From: Mesotaenium endlicherianum
Taxonomy: Eukaryota
Reading direction: 5' to 3'
Assembly: GCA_009602735.1 (NCBI GenBank)
Contig: WELA01002318.1
Location: 476,937 to 536,616, forward strand
Length of the DNA: 59,680 nt
The notes below the pieces were generated by a model. That model saw only the letters and a list, made by a program, of their open reading frames with translations, was not told the origin of the DNA and made no database searches. Shown here in pieces: positions 1-14,072 of this stretch; position 1 is the stretch's first letter, and every line of letters begins with the position of its first letter. The position numbers and the translations under genes are program-made.

Positions 1-1624
1 TCCTCCCCCTCCTCCTCGGTCTCCTCCTCCGCCACCATTCCCTTCTCCACCACCTCCTCCTCCTCCCCCCAGCCTCCCCCCGGCAAAGTTGCCCGTGTTC
101 ACACATACCTCGTTGGCGCCAGGGCTCGTGCCCAACCTCACGGTTGCGCTTGACTCCTCCGGAGACTTCTCCTCCATCCAGGTGAGCTGGCCTGAGGGCG
201 CCTTCTTCCTCCCTCCCTCCCTCCCTCCATTGCATCACCTTCCTCCCCCTCCCCCCCTCCCTCTATCGTGATCTTTACCCCTACCCTCTTTTCCCCTCTC
301 CCACTCCATTGCCGTCTCCCCCCCTCTCTCCCGCTATCCCTCCTCCTCTCCCTTAGCCACGCCACTCTTGCATTTGTAACCCTTAATATTTTGCGTCCGC
401 ATGTTGCCAAGTACTGAATTCCATCTCCCCCCCGGCCTGCTGATGCGGCAGCCGCTGCTGCTGCTGCTGCCCCTCCCTTGATGCTGCCTGCGTCAGTGCC
501 CGTGTTCCTGGCACACTGGTGTAAGAGGGCCTCAAGATAGGGCGATCACGAAGAAGTCAGTTTCCGGCTTGGAAAGAGCTTGACGCTATGAAATAGGCCA
601 CGTGGAGGAGCCGGGGCCCCTGTGGTTGTTGGGCAAGGAGTTTTACCCCAGCTTAAAGAGGTGCTTGGCACCGCCCGGGGGGGCGTGGGTCGGCGGTTGG
701 GAGGAACTGGGGGCTGGGGGGCCCCGGGGGGGGGACCGGGATACCTCACCCCCCATCTGCACCCCACAGGCATCTATCTCTTTACCCTTATCTTCTTCCT
801 TCTCTGGCGCGCTCTCTCTCCCTCTCTCCGCTGTCGCTGCCCTCAGCCGATGAACTTTTCCCTCTGGCCTGTCCTCCCGCCCATCCGCCCACCCACCTGC
901 CCGCCTCTTCTTGCCTGTGTGTGTGAGCTACTTCCTCCTTACCTTTGTGCACACATCCTCCCTGCCCCTCCCCCCACCTTCCACCNNNNNNNNNNNNNNN
1001 NNNNNNNNNNNNNNNNNNNNNNNNNNNNNNNNNNNNNNNNNNNNNNNNNNNNNNNNNNNNNNNNNNNNNNNNNNNNNNNNNNNNNNNNNNNNNNNNNNNN
1101 NNNNNNNNNNNNNNNNNNNNNNNNNNNNNNNNNNNNNNNNNNNNNNNNNNNNNNNNNNNNNNNNNNNNNNNNNNNNNNNNNNNNNNNNNNNNNNNNNNNN
1201 NNNNNNNNNNNNNNNNNNNNNNNNNNNNNNNNNNNNNNNNNNCCAACCCGGCCCTCCTGCCTTTGCCCTCCCCGCTCCCTCCCAACCCCCCTGAGACTCT
1301 CGGCTCGACGCCTCCTTCCTTGCTCCGCCAGCTGCCCCTGCCTCTGCCTGCTCTGCTTCAGACAGGGTACGCCAGCTGTCCCAGCCACTGCCAGCTTTTC
1401 TCAGAGAGGAGCAGCCAATGGCTGGGTAAAAGGCCTCGTCGTTGGATCAACGGTCGAGCGTTGATGGTCAGTGGTCGTTGTCAACGGAAAATTGTCGATG
1501 GTCAATGGGCATTGACCAATGGTTTATGGTCTGACCAAGGGTCAATGGCAGTCAATGGCCAACTGTGGACCTGAGGGCCAAAGTCTGCGTTAAGCCTGGC
1601 CGCCGCTTGCTCGGCTACACTGGA

Positions 1625-1687
<63 letters not shown>

Positions 1688-4600
1688 TGAGAGAGGTAGA
1701 GGAGGTTTCGGTGACTGGGTGTGCATGCACGTTGTGCGTGCGTGTGTGCGCGAGTGCGCTATGGCAGTTGATTTGATTTCGAGGTGGTTGCGTATTTTTT
1801 TTTCTCCTGCCAGCGTACCCGGCAATGCAGAGATTCGCTTTTTTTTTTGTTCCATCCCTGTCGTCTTCCATCTTTATGTTCATCTTTGTTGCCTTCTGTC
1901 GCCCTTCGTTGCACCACGCCTTGCTGGTTCGCCCGCCAACCTCTCACATTGTCGTGTGTTCTGCGGCAAATTTTGGTGCTGCCGCTGCAGCGCGCCAGGA
2001 GGTGAAGGTGATGCTGTGTACTCTCTTCTGCAGACGAGAGCGTTGCCGGTGCCCTTTCCCTCTGCATCCGAACACTAGACACACACACACACGCGCGCGC
2101 GCGCACACACGCACACACACACACACACATGCACACACACGCACACACATATACACACATACGCACACAGGGAGAGAGGTAGAGACAGGAAATGAGGGAG
2201 GGAGAGACACACCAGCTCGCTCACACGGGCACGCCTCTTCCCCACTCGACGGGCTCCCCTGCAGCGGTGTCAAAGAGCAACTTTGTGGCCATGGGGATCA
2301 AGTTTGAGAACACGGCGGGGCCGACGGGGGAGCAAGCGGTGGCGCTGCGGGCGACGTCTGACCTGACGGCGTTCTACGAGTGCTCCTTCGACGGCTTTCA
2401 GGTCTGCTCTCCTCCTCGGCCGCCACTGTCGCTGCCTCCCCCCACCTCCTACTCCTTTACGGCCCCGTCCCCTCCCTCCTTCTCCCCCTCCTCCTCCTCC
2501 TCCTCCGCCTACTCCGCTTCTGCCTCCCCCCCCCCCCTTTCCCTCCACCTCCTACTCCACCTCCTCCTTTGACTCCTCTCTTGTCCAAGTGGTAGGGTGT
2601 CTGTTGCGCCCCCTTCATGGTTCCACAGGGAAGCTTGTCGGCTGACAGTCAGAGGCCGCATGCATGCAGCTGTAACATGCTTGTGCGCGCGCACGCGTGG
2701 GTACGTGCTTGCTTGGGAGGCTGTGCTGGGGTGGTACGGGCGTGCATTATGACGGCCAACTGACAGGTGCATGCACAGTTTTTGCCGGCCTGCAGGTGCA
2801 TGCACAATGGTTGACCAGGGAGGGGGAGTTTCATGTGCCAAGAGCCGTAGAGCGGTGTTGACTTCTTCTAGCATTGTCAGGGTGCACAATAGTTGTGGGG
2901 CAGAAAGGACTGCCTCCGAATGATGACACCGGGCCCGAGGCAATTTCCGTGAATGACAACGGCCGGGCATTTGCCGCATCATCTCTGTCGTTCAATATAG
3001 CTTAGCCAATTTCGCGCCTTTGCTGCGGCACATGTTCCACTGATTGATTTAGAGCAGAGGGCCCCCTCATCAGCAAGACGCGCAAGCGTGCGCAAGCGTG
3101 CGCAAGCGTGCGCAAGCATGCACGAGCATGCACGAGCATGGCTAACGTGCGCGAGCGTGCGCAAATGTGCGCGAGCGTGCGTGCACACGCCTACGCTTGT
3201 AGTCTCACATGCTGCCCCCGCTCGTGCGCCCGCTCGCGCGCGCTTCTGTGCGCGCGCGAGTGCCACCTGGCAGGACACGCTGTACGCGCACACCATGCGG
3301 CAGTACTACCGGGAGTGCGCCATCCTCGGCACCGTCGACTTCATCTTCGGGAACGCGGCCGCCCTCTTCGACCGCTGCTCCATGGTGCTGCGCAAGAGTA
3401 AGAACAACGCGCAGGCCATTGTCACGGCGCACTCGCGGATGGACCCCGGCCAGAGCTCCGGCTTTGTGATCCGCAACAGCTCCCTGCTCTCGGCCGAGGG
3501 GGGGGGGGGCGCGCTCGCGGGCTACCTGGGGAGGCCTTGGCGAGCGTTCGCACGCGTGGTCTACATCTCCTGCCACATGGGCTCGGTGAGTGGGCGCCGC
3601 CGGCCAGGTGGCGCCCAGCCCCTTGTGCTGCTGCTGCTGCTGCTGCTCCTGCTACTCCTGCTGTTGCTGCTGCTGCAGTGCTCTTTTGCTTGTTTCTGGA
3701 TTATCCTGGGTTGAATCCTCTCTTGCTCCCTCACTTGCTCTCTCACTGGCCCGCTCGGTCATGCCCTCTCCTCGGCTGGATTCCTTGCGGGACATGGCCG
3801 CGTGTGAAAGCAAAGGTTTGTATGTTTGTTGGGGTGTGTGGAGTTGTGGAAGTCTAGCTTCCGTTGATTCTTCTGGGTAAGCCGGGCGAGACGTTTTTAC
3901 TCGGCTTGCTAGTGGCTACGAGATGAAAAGTAGGTGTCGACCAAAAACTGGGTGCACAGGGGGCCCTCGCTCTATGAGAAGAAAGCCATGCCACATGTCA
4001 ACTGACAAATCATTCATCCGATTCTCGTCAGAGTGGACCTGGTGCACCAACGACCTTCACAGGATCTGGATTTCGACCCAAAGATTGCCCATTCTGAAGG
4101 AGCACGTGTACATTTCGTCTTGCGCCCGATCACTTATTGAAGTGATGAGGGCACAGGCTAATTGCAACCCCCCCCGACTTTCACACAGAACAAAGCCCAG
4201 CTTGTGTTTGTCAGTGAGGCCCCCCTCACGTAAAGGCTGTGAGGGGAAAATCAGTAAGGGGCCATTGCTCGTGTGAGCTCCGGCCCGTTCATATCCTTAG
4301 GCCCTTGCACTCCAAAGTGTACGCATTTCACCTCGATCGACGCCAAAGCGTTACGATTTCGTCTCTAGCGGCCCGCCCTTTCGCGACCGCCATAAGAGTT
4401 ACTTCCTCCATCTATTAGGGTCTCATTCTTGCCGATGCTTTTCGGTTAGAGAGCGCCCTTTGGGCTTTCTGTGAGTGGCCATGGCGAAGCGAAGGCTCGC
4501 CTGGGCTGCTAGGTAGCTCTTGATGGGGGCATGGGAGAGGGTGCTCTCGTTAGATATCTTCGTGGGGTCAAAAGGTTGAGAGGGCATCTTGATGGGCAGC

Positions 4601-5361
4601 CATGGCTGCTCGTTCTAGCAGGCGGCTATGAGGGTGTTAGAGAGAGAGAGGGTGTGAAGGGGAGGGAGAAAAGATGGAGGAGGGAGGGGGAGGTCGTTGC
4701 GTCGACTGCAAGCGTCGACAGCGTTCGCGCTGTTTTGACTCCTTTTTCTGTCGCAATCGGTCGGAGGGGCTTTGTAAGGGGAAAAATTGTTGGTCCCCTC
4801 ACAAAGTATCGATATCGATCGAGAAGAGGGCACTATCGACACTATTATATGCGCGGCCAGTCGGGAATGTTTAACTCTTATAGATGATTGAGGGTAACAA
4901 AATAATGATGTAACTTGTTTAGTATATAATTGACGAATCTCAATAGTCTTGCGCCGCAGCAGCGGCAGTTCACATGGTCCAAGTTGTCAACTGCCGATCA
5001 GAAATCCCTTCTTTGCCAGCTGGCCGCTACAGGCATCCTATGGTCGAGGGGTTTGGATTGATATATTTGATACCTGTAACTTACCTGCTCGTGATGACGT
5101 GTCACCTTGCAGGTGATGAAGCCAGATGGCTGGATCTCGTGGAACGGCAACACGTACAACAGCACCATGTTCTTTGCTGAGTTCAACAGCTCTGGGCCCG
5201 GTGCAAGGCTGCCACGTGTCAGTTGGGCTCTGCCTGGGGAGTTGCCACCGGCAGACGTGCCGAATTACTTACCCTTCGATGAAGGCCCCTTCTTACCTGG
5301 CAACTATTCTGTCGATGGCGCGACGTGGTTTTCGAGCACTCACGTCCCCTTTGACCCATAG
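1..5361 (+). CDS. PME: Pectin methylesterase (pectinesterase, CE8), 5'-partial, spliced
   Basis: Exons: <1-181 (PNLTVALDSSGDFSSIQ|gt), 2265-2401 (FENTAGP..QAVALR..FDGFQ), 3274-3585 (DTLYAH..QYYREC..GTVDFIFGNA..YLGRPW), 5113-5361 (PDGWISW..FAEFNSSGPGA..TAG). The PME motifs QAVAL, QDTLY, DFIFG and LGRPW are all present. The phase mismatch between 181 (phase 0) and 2265 (phase 1) means at least one exon is missing, probably in the N gap at 986-1242. Confidence 0.93.
1625..1683. repeat. (GT)n microsatellite, representative of many (CA/GT)n, (GC)n and (GA)n intronic tracts
   Basis: Direct; similar tracts near 2079-2168, 8390-8570, 48460-48530, 54760-54920, 55405-55466. Confidence 0.95.
3080..3140. 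repeat. 10-bp intronic minisatellite (cgcaagcgtg/cacgagcatg)
   Basis: Six units directly visible. Confidence 0.85.
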
Positions 5362-7795
5362 GCTTAATCGATTCAATAATGCGTCGACTACATGCGTATC
5401 ACATAAGAATGACCTTGGACCGGCTGGGCGTGCGCGGGCCGCCACATTTACTGGACATTCTTACGATTCTTTGGTCCTAGAGTAGGAGATTATGAAGTGG
5501 ACTTTGAAGAGCTGTAAAAAAAATAAAAATCTCTTGCAATTCCTGTAGGATATGTATATACGCTTATGGTTATTTGTTGCAACCTAGTAGGCGATTGCGT
5601 CATCTGGTTTAGTATGCTGCAGTTGGAAGCGAACCGATGAGGGCGCCGTGGCTGTGCGCGCATTTAATCTTTGAATGCCTTCTAGTTGTTCCTATGCGCA
5701 ACTAGATTTTGTCAGATTTCGTCAATATGCATGTGAGCTCGCGCCTCTGACCATTTCATTTTGAAAAAGTTCTTTGGAATTCCATTTGTCGCTCACACCT
5801 ATGACTTTCAGGTCTGGCCCTGCCCATTTTTTCATGAATTACGCTATATTAATTGGGCTAAATAATATACCTGTGAGTCTTGGGTAGCTTGCACTCTCAA
5901 GCGTAAGGGTTTAGAGTTACGTCATATTAGTCCCTCCCTTATTGCCAACCTGCAATGTCCATAGTGAAATTGTAAGTGAATTGTGGTGTGCGTGTGCTTA
6001 TCTTAAAGTCGTGAAAGAAGGATGCTCCTCTGGATAGTGCAAACAAATGCCAGCATACGCTTCCCAATAGTGCTACATGCGAAAACTGTGAATCATGGGG
6101 GGGAGACTGGCGCTAATTTTCCTGATTTTTGAATCTACGTCCCTACAATATTGAGTCCTTTCACTAATTTTTCCAGGTTTGATTTCAAGTTCGCTATATT
6201 GACAAATTTTTACTCGACTTTAAAGGGCGCCAATTCACTGTACTAAATTTGAGGTTTTGATAATTCAGGGCGCTATTTTTTATTTTTGAATGGACACGGT
6301 CTTTCGATTCTGTCTCTATTTGAGCCCTCCCCCCCCCCCCTTTGTATATAAATTTTCAAAAACGCTTGTCCCATGTCCCAACTTTAAGAACGATTACAAA
6401 TTTGGGATTTTTTTAGTAAAAAAAAAAAACATATACAACAATCATTGAAAAATATAATAAAAATAAGTTTAGTTTTAATCATATCTGGGCACTATTCCAC
6501 CCAAATTCTCGAGGGGAGTTCCTCCCCCGTGGTGTGAATGGTCGTAGAAGTTGGGGTCCATCGAGATAGCGAAGAAATCATCCAGGGATTCACAAATCGT
6601 CCTGAGTTACTTCGATGTGCATTGTTTCTAGGTGGTATCATGTAATACGTATTCAGAGGTTCATGTCACCTAGCGGTCGTCCCAACTTGTGATCACGACA
6701 TGCAGCGCTCCCTCTAACCGAGTCTTGTTTGATTGCACACGTGTACGAGCCTAATCAACACCTCAGCTCGATCTCTCCGTGCATTACTATTCAGCTGTGG
6801 ACAAGGTGATGACAAATGTTGCACATACAGAGACACACAACCCCCTTTCGCAGTTATCTCGTAGGGCAAGGAACTCTCAATCTACACGAGAGCTCAAGCC
6901 AAGATCACCACCCATCGTCATGACACATTTGTGACTCGGATGAACTGGGATCACTCGACAGAAAGAAACATCTTGCGTTGAAGAAATCGATCGGCCCATG
7001 CGCCTGCACGCTCCGCTCTGCTCCGCTCCGCTCCACTAAGAACTGCAATGCGAGGCACGTAGGTAGCAGGGGAATGCTTGGCTGCCATGTGGCAGGTTGA
7101 AGTTAGAGCGGGATACTGGCCCGTCGCTCAGGAAAGAAAAAAAAAACAGAAAATACGAAAGCTTCATATCCTCGTCAAATGACCATGCTCTGTTCTACCA
7201 CCACTACCCAACGCTATCAGAGCATTGTGCGTGTGGACATCCACAGGCCTGCCGCTACAGCAACACCGGCACCAGCACCAGCACCAGCACCAGCGCAGCA
7301 GCCTAGTGTCGCCTCAAGATTCTCCGACGAGCCTGCCACTGACACAAAGCGCAAGGACAGGTGTGCGCTCCAGCGTGCTCATCACGGGCTTGACCTCAGG
7401 GCACCCGCGGCAGCACCCTGCCCAACCACGCTACCTGCGTCTCTTACTCTAAGCTGCGGCCACAATCTCGGCCGCCCACGCGCCCCTTGCAGACGGGAGC
7501 GACGAACACAGAGAGGGGCGGCGAGCCAACACCCACCAGCCTCCGTGGAGCTGAGTTGCTTCCCCCTCATCCCAAATCCGTCGAGCGCGTCAGCAGCCAC
7601 ACCAAATAGGGCCAGGTGCGTGGCCGCCACATACTGCTCTGCCACCTCTTCCTCTCCGAGAAGCCCCCCCACAAGCCGCCCCCGCCCCCGCCGCTGCCTT
7701 GTCCTCGGCCCCGCCCTCGCCCCCATGCCCAATCCTCCTCCCCCTCCCTGACCTCCGTCTGACCCTTTTGATGCGCTCAGCCCGGCCGCCGCCCC

Positions 7796-10675
7796 CTACT
7801 TGCGGCCGCGGGCTCCCTTCTTCTTCTTGTTGCTGCCAGCTGTCCCCTCCTTGGTGGCCCTGCCGGCCTTTGTCTGGGTGGCGCTGGCGCCGGCGCCGCC
7901 CTTCTTCGCCGCCCTCTCCGCCGCCCTCTTTGCGCGCCTCTCCTGCTTCTTCAGGTACAGGATCTCGAGGAGGCGATCCTCCTGCTCCCTCAGCTTCACC
8001 ATGTTCACCGTCCTCTTCTTCTCCACCTCCTCCTGCTCGAACATCATTCTCAGGAACAGCCTCTCGTTGACGGTCCACGGATCGTTCTCATCGTCCTCGT
8101 CGTCGTAATCGTCGTCCTCCTCCTCAAATCGCGGGTCTTTCGAGAAGCCGGAGATGCAGGAGGGGGACTCTGTCAGGGCCCCCATGGCCGGCCGAAAGAA
8201 GGGCTTGGAGTACAGCGTGCGATCGAAGAACGACTCCACCTCGAAGATGTGCCGCGGCTTGAGGCCCGGAATGTTCTCAAACAGGACTTCCCTGTTCACG
8301 GCGGCCGCGGCGGCGATGGCAACAACGATGCCGTGCGCGTAGTGCAATAATCCTCCCCCCGCCCCCCCGCCCTCCCCCTCGGCACATGTGCACACACACA
8401 CACACGGAAACATGCACAAACACGCACACACACACACACGCACGCGCGCGCGAGTGCGCACACACAGGCACGCGTACGCACGCACGCACGCGCATACACA
8501 CACAGATGCACGCACGGACGCACGCGGGGGGACGCAAACACACACACAAACACACACACACACACACACAAGAGCAGCCTCTGATCAGACCCAGAGAGAC
8601 ACCGGGCAAGGCTGCAGCCACACGTCCCCTCTCTTCTGCCTGTCCACCGTCGCATGCGCACACGCGGCGCGCCTCAGAGCTGACGTGGCACCCCTCATTG
8701 TTCAAAGAATTCCGCTTTCTTCCTCCCCCCCTTCCTCGCCTCGCTTCCCCCCTCCCACCCCCTCAAAAGGCACCGAGGATTGAGGAGCCATGCAGCCGAA
8801 GCACCTGCCCCACCTCCAGGCGCCGCTGCCGGAGCCCAAAGCAGCAGCAAGAACGCTTTCCAAGCTGACAGGCCCCCCTCTGTACAACGTAAGCTGCATC
8901 AACCCCGGCCCCGGCACCCGCGCCGGCCCCAAGCCCAGCCGCTTGCAAGAGGACCAGCATGAGCAGGAGGAGCTGGAGTTGCGACACATGGCAGTCAGCG
9001 CACGCCTGGGCCCCAGGAGAGCAGGGACATCGCACTCCCTTGCTCCCTCACGCCTCACTCCTGCCGGCTGTACCAAGCAGCAGCGGGCTATCACCTGTAC
9101 AGCCCCCGTAAACTGGACTACGAGGCGCTGCCACCTGGCAAGCATGCGGGCTAGCGGGGCAGCCCCATGGGCCCAGCACACGCGCGCACACACAACGAGA
9201 TGCCGCGCTGTGGCAGCAGCCTTCTGGCACCCAGAGCATGGCCACCGACAGCAGCAGGCGGCTGGCTGCCCCTAAAGATACACAGAAGGTGCTCGTCACC
9301 CAAGGATATATGTCACATGCCCAGCGATGCCCAGTAGATAAACTCACGCCATTGTTCCAACCGCCCCTCCCCCCCCCCCAAAAACAAACAATCTGCCCAC
9401 GCTCCCTCATGTCCAGGGGCTCCCACAGGGCCAGCCCCTTCCCAACTCCTCTATAAGTAGAACATCCAGCAGAGCGGCTTCACGAGGGCACCAGCTAGGA
9501 GGCTGGGGGGACCCGCCGGAGAAGGAGGGAGGACGAGGAGGAGGAGGAGGAGGAGGGGGAAAGGTTGTGGTGGGGGAGGAGGACAAGCAGCAGCAGGCAA
9601 CAACAAAAACAGCAGCAACGGTGATGTCATCAGCAACACCCTTCTCATCCGCAGGAGGCGCATGCACAGGCGTGGCAGCCCCTCGCCTGCGGTCCCAGGC
9701 AGGAACAGGAGGAGAAGCGCGAGCAGAAGGGCCAAACAGCCGGCCGGCAAGCGGGCGGCCAGGCGGGTGGGCCGGCAGGCGGGCGAGCGGGCGGGCGGGT
9801 TAGGGCGTGAGAGCAGCAGGTGGGGGCTGCGGGAGCAGGGGGTGCGGTAGCAGGGGGCGGAGGGGGGCAAGGGTAGCTCGCGCGCACCTCATCTGCGGCG
9901 TGATGTACTTGTCGGGGAACACGCGCTTGTGGCGCTGCTCGATCCAGTTGGTGAGGTTGGTGCCTCCGCCCCACATGCCCAGCACGTGGATGGGCGTGCG
10001 CTCGCCGGGCCACACGCCGCCGTGCGCGTCGAGCACCGCCCGGTCGTCCTCGCGCCGCCGCAGCGCCGCCGCCTGCTCCGCCTCGAAGTCCTTGAACTCG
10101 AAACCCCGGCGCGCCTTGAGGGGGTTCACGAAGGTGGCCAGCTTCATCACAAAGGCCAACCCCTGCGCCGCCATCTTCACTGCGCCCCCGAACGCCCCGC
10201 CCCGCCCCGCCCCGCCCCCACCCCATCCCGCCACGCCACGCCAATGCCCCGACCCGCCGCGTCCAGCCGCGTGCGTGTGCGCATACGACCGACCGCAGCC
10301 AGTAGTAGGACATACTGAACCCGCAGGCAGCATTAATGCGCATGCGCGCGTAGGCTTTTATTGCGCAGCCATGTGCCGACCCCACGTAGCTTCTCCAAAT
10401 GAAGCTNCGGGTCCCCCCCTCAGCCTCCCGATGCTCTCCCCCCCCTCCCCCCCTCTCCTGTGAGGAGGTCTGCTCTCATACATGCTTGCTGCCCTTGGAG
10501 AGCGTGCGCGAGTTGCCAGCAGTGCAGCCTGATGCAGCAGGCAGAGAAGAGGCCCTCTTCCCCTTGGCAGCAGCGGCGGGAGGGGGGAAAGCGATAAGGG
10601 CGCTCTCGCGAGGTGGGGAGGAGCCGAATGAGACACGTCGAATCACCCTATTCTCCTCGCACGCGAGCGGCGCGA

Positions 10676-10711
<36 letters not shown>

Positions 10712-13700
10712 CTGCCGGCCACCCTCCTGCCCCATACGAAAGACAAAGTACAGGCAGAACCTGATCCCCCCCCCCGGGAGCTTCCTGCTCCGGTTCCGGC
10801 TCCAGGTCCTGACTGCCAGACATGCCCACATAGGCTTGGGCTAGGCTTGGCCAGCCATGACAACGACCCGGGCAAAGAAGACCGAGAGGCGAGGGCAAAG
10901 CGGGGGGGTGGCGCAAGAGGAGAAGGGAAAGGAAGAGGTAGAGAACAACGAGGACGAGAAGGAGCAGCAGTAGCAGCAGCAGCAGAAGGGGTAAAAGGAG
11001 CAACAGGGAGGGCGAGAGGGGGAGGAGGGGAAGTACCTTGGGGGGTGAGGACAAGCCCTCCGAGGCCGTATATCATTTCGATGGGAGCCCACTCGTCAAG
11101 GTCGGGCGCCCACGCGAGCGTCTGCTTGTCGATGATGCCGGCCGCCACCGCCGTCCGCATGGACGTCAACGTCATGGGGCCGCGTGTGCGCCCCAGGCGG
11201 TCCTTGTAGTAGAGATTGTTGGCGCTCTCATCCACCATTGCTGCGCACTCGCACGCGTGCGCACACAGAGACAAACGCACGCACGCACACCACGCACGCA
11301 AGCGCACGAGAATGCGACGCCCAAGCCCACGCCGGGAGCACACTCAGAGGCAGAGACACGCACGCATGCACGCATGTATGCACGCACGCATGCATGTACC
11401 GCGGGCGCGGGGGCTCACAGACGCACACACAGCACTGCACACGTGCGCGCCCGAGCACGCGCAGATGCAGAGGCGCATCCACGCTTGCATGCGGCTTGCG
11501 CGCACGCGTGCGTGCATGTAATTGGGGCCGTCGGACACAACGCCTGGGCGGCTCTGGCGCGGTTAGCACGGCCATGCAGGGCTCCGCAACGCGCCAGGTG
11601 GAGCACCGCCGCTGGTTGTCGCACGAGCACCAGCTGTGGAGCAGAGCAGTCGATGCGACACGCCGGGCCAGCATGAGCGAGAGGGATCAGGGGGGCCCAG
11701 GGGGGAGTGGGAGGCAACACACAGGCTACGATGCGTTGTCACCCCCCTCCCCCCCCCCCCACACCCACCCCCAAGAGACGGCTTGAGACCGTGTGCGGGC
11801 GGGTGGGCATGCGACCAAGCACATGCGTTTTGGCTCCATCACAGGACTATGGAAGAGCCGTGCGAGTAGAGAGGGAGGGAGGGACACAGGGACACAGGGA
11901 GGGAGTGAGATGGGGACGGCGAGGGAGAGGAGGAGAGGGAGAAGAAGAAGGAGAGGCGAGCAAAAGGGAGAGGCGCCCCCCCGGGGCGGGTGTGCTGTGT
12001 GGGACTCACTGACGTATGCCGCTCTGTCGAGTGCCTCAGATCCGATCGCAGTCTGCAGGTCAAAGGGCTTCTCCACGGGATAGAAGTGGGTCTGAAACCC
12101 CCACTTGGAGAACAGGTGCTGCTTCATCCACTGCCACCTCATCTCGTGCTCGGACCTTCCAGTCTTCGACCCTACAGGCACTTGCCTGCGGAGCATGGGC
12201 TCCCCGTGTTGCGGATCTGCTCCCCCGCCCCGTCGACCAGCACGCAGCGCCCAACCACCCCCACCCCCCACCCCCANNNNNNNNNNNNNNNNNNNNNNNN
12301 NNNNNNNNNNNNNNNNNNNNNNNNNNNNNNNNNNNNNNNNNNNNNNNNNNNNNNNNNNNNNNNNNNNNNNNNNNNNNNNNNNNNNNNNNNNNNNNNNNNN
12401 NNNNNNNNNNNNNNNNNNNNNNNNNNNNNNNNNNNNNNNNNNNNNNNNNNNNNNNNNNNNNNNNNNNNNNNNNNNNNNNNNNNNNNNNNNNNNNNNNNNN
12501 NNNNNNNNNNNNNNNNNNNNNNNNNNNNNNNNNNNNNNNNNNNNNNNNNNNNNNNNNNNNNNNNNNNNNNNNNNNNNNNNNNNNNNNNNNNNNNNNNNNN
12601 NNNNNNNNNNNNNNNNNNNNNNNNNNNNNNNNNNNNNNNNNNNNNNNNNNNNNNNNNNNNNNNNNNNNNNNNNNNNNNNNNNNNNNNNNNNNNNNNNNNN
12701 NNNNNNNNNNNNNNNNNNNNNNNNNNNNNNNNNNNNNNNNNNNNNNNNNNNNNNNNNNNNNNNNNNNNNNNNNNNNNNNNNNCCCCCCCCCCGCCCCCCG
12801 CCGGCCAGGCCGAGCAGGGGGAGGCCAGGGTTTAAGAGCCAAGGGTTTAGGGGGCGTACGGGGCACATGAGGGATTCCCCCCCTCTTGGATTGGCTGGCC
12901 ACCTCCTTCTGAAGAGCCTGGGCGCGAGCTTCTTCGCTGTGTATGAAGTCCAGCCCCTTGCGGCTCGTCGCCCATGCTCTCAGCTCCTGCAAGATTTATT
13001 CACACGCACGAGCAAGCACGCTCACGAGTCCACGCCCCCCGTGAGCATACCCGGTCGGTCGCGGCCCACATGCCCATGCCCATGCCCATGCCCATACACA
13101 CGCCCACACACTCATGGCCCGCACATGGCCTGCCGTGTTTGCCTGCCGTCGCGCTCAAGTGCGCTCATGCTTGCCCTCCTCCTCCTCCAACTCCAGCATC
13201 GCAGAGGGCAGGAAGAACGTCACATGAGAACAGTCTGCCGGTCCTTGCCAGCTCAAAAGCCTGCGCCCTTATGACTGCTAAGCTTTCCTCAGAATAAGAG
13301 AGTGCGATTCACTCCACATGCTGAAGGAGGCGCCTGCCCAGCCGGGCTGCTCCGATTCAGCGCAAGCAGATGTAACAGCAAGACCCCCAGCTTCTTGCAC
13401 GGCTTATTAGACTTGACAGATTGCATTCCAAGAGTGCCATGCAGTCCTATTGACAAGCTTGTCATATTCCCTGGCTGCAAGCAGGACCCTATCCGCCTCT
13501 GCAGGTCTATGACTGTTGAGCTGAAGACCGACAGGTAACGTACTGACAGTCCAGTGTACACGACTAAAGCCTTCAGGCGTCTATCCAAGCAAGGGTATGA
13601 CAGACCCGGCAGCTGCAAGCCCGAGCTGAAGGACACTCTAAATTGTTCACTGCGGGTTCCAAACGATGTGTACTTTCATGCTCATCTCACTCGCAGTATG

Positions 13701-14072
13701 TAAAGCGGGCGAACCCCACACGCATTCCAAGAAAAGGGTACCCACACTCTACTGGGAGTTCTGCAAAGGACCAAGTCCATAACAAAATGGCGAGATACAT
13801 GGAAATCATTGTAGGCTCCGCAAGGATCCAGCTCAAAATAAGCTCACCTCTTTGGCTTTGATCTCGTCAGCAGAAAGCTCCGTCCCCTTGGTGATTTTCT
13901 TGACCAATGGCTGCTTGGGTGGAACAACTATTTCCGGGGGGTCGAGCCAATCCTGTAGTTTGTCTCGCCATACTGTTGTTGGCTCCGCCAGCCATTGCTC
14001 GATTTTCTCAACAGGCTTCTTCTCCACAACTGGAGGCGCACGCGCTTTCTTCTTGTCCCGTCTGCCCCACAT
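7796..14072 (-). CDS. TIC56: TIC56, chloroplast protein-import complex subunit (GYF_2-like domain), spliced
   Basis: Exons: 14072-13848, 12986-(gap), (gap)-12010, 11240-11037, 10179-9888, 8291-7796. Junctions are GT-AG and in phase where visible. Peptides MKQHLFSKWGFQTHFYPVEKPFDLQTAIG, YYKDRLGRTRGP..AGIIDKQTLAWAPDLDEWAPIEMIYGL, HGGVWPGERTPIH and ENIPGLKP match Arabidopsis TIC56 blocks as recalled. The start codon is uncertain: first ATG after an in-frame TGA at 14118-14120. Confidence 0.9.

Noticed and set aside
1502..2307. Many long ORFs such as MCVCVCV or HTHTHT in the ORF track, and ORFs running through N gaps
   Set aside because: Artefacts of stop-free microsatellites, high GC and X runs.
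6100..6300. AT-rich imperfect direct repeats (ggcgcta..tttt..tttttgaat) suggesting a MITE
   Set aside because: No terminal inverted repeats or target-site duplication could be defined.
6477..6601. Short exon-like frame on the minus strand (TICESLDDFFAISMDPNFYDH...)
   Set aside because: No partner exons or homology identified.
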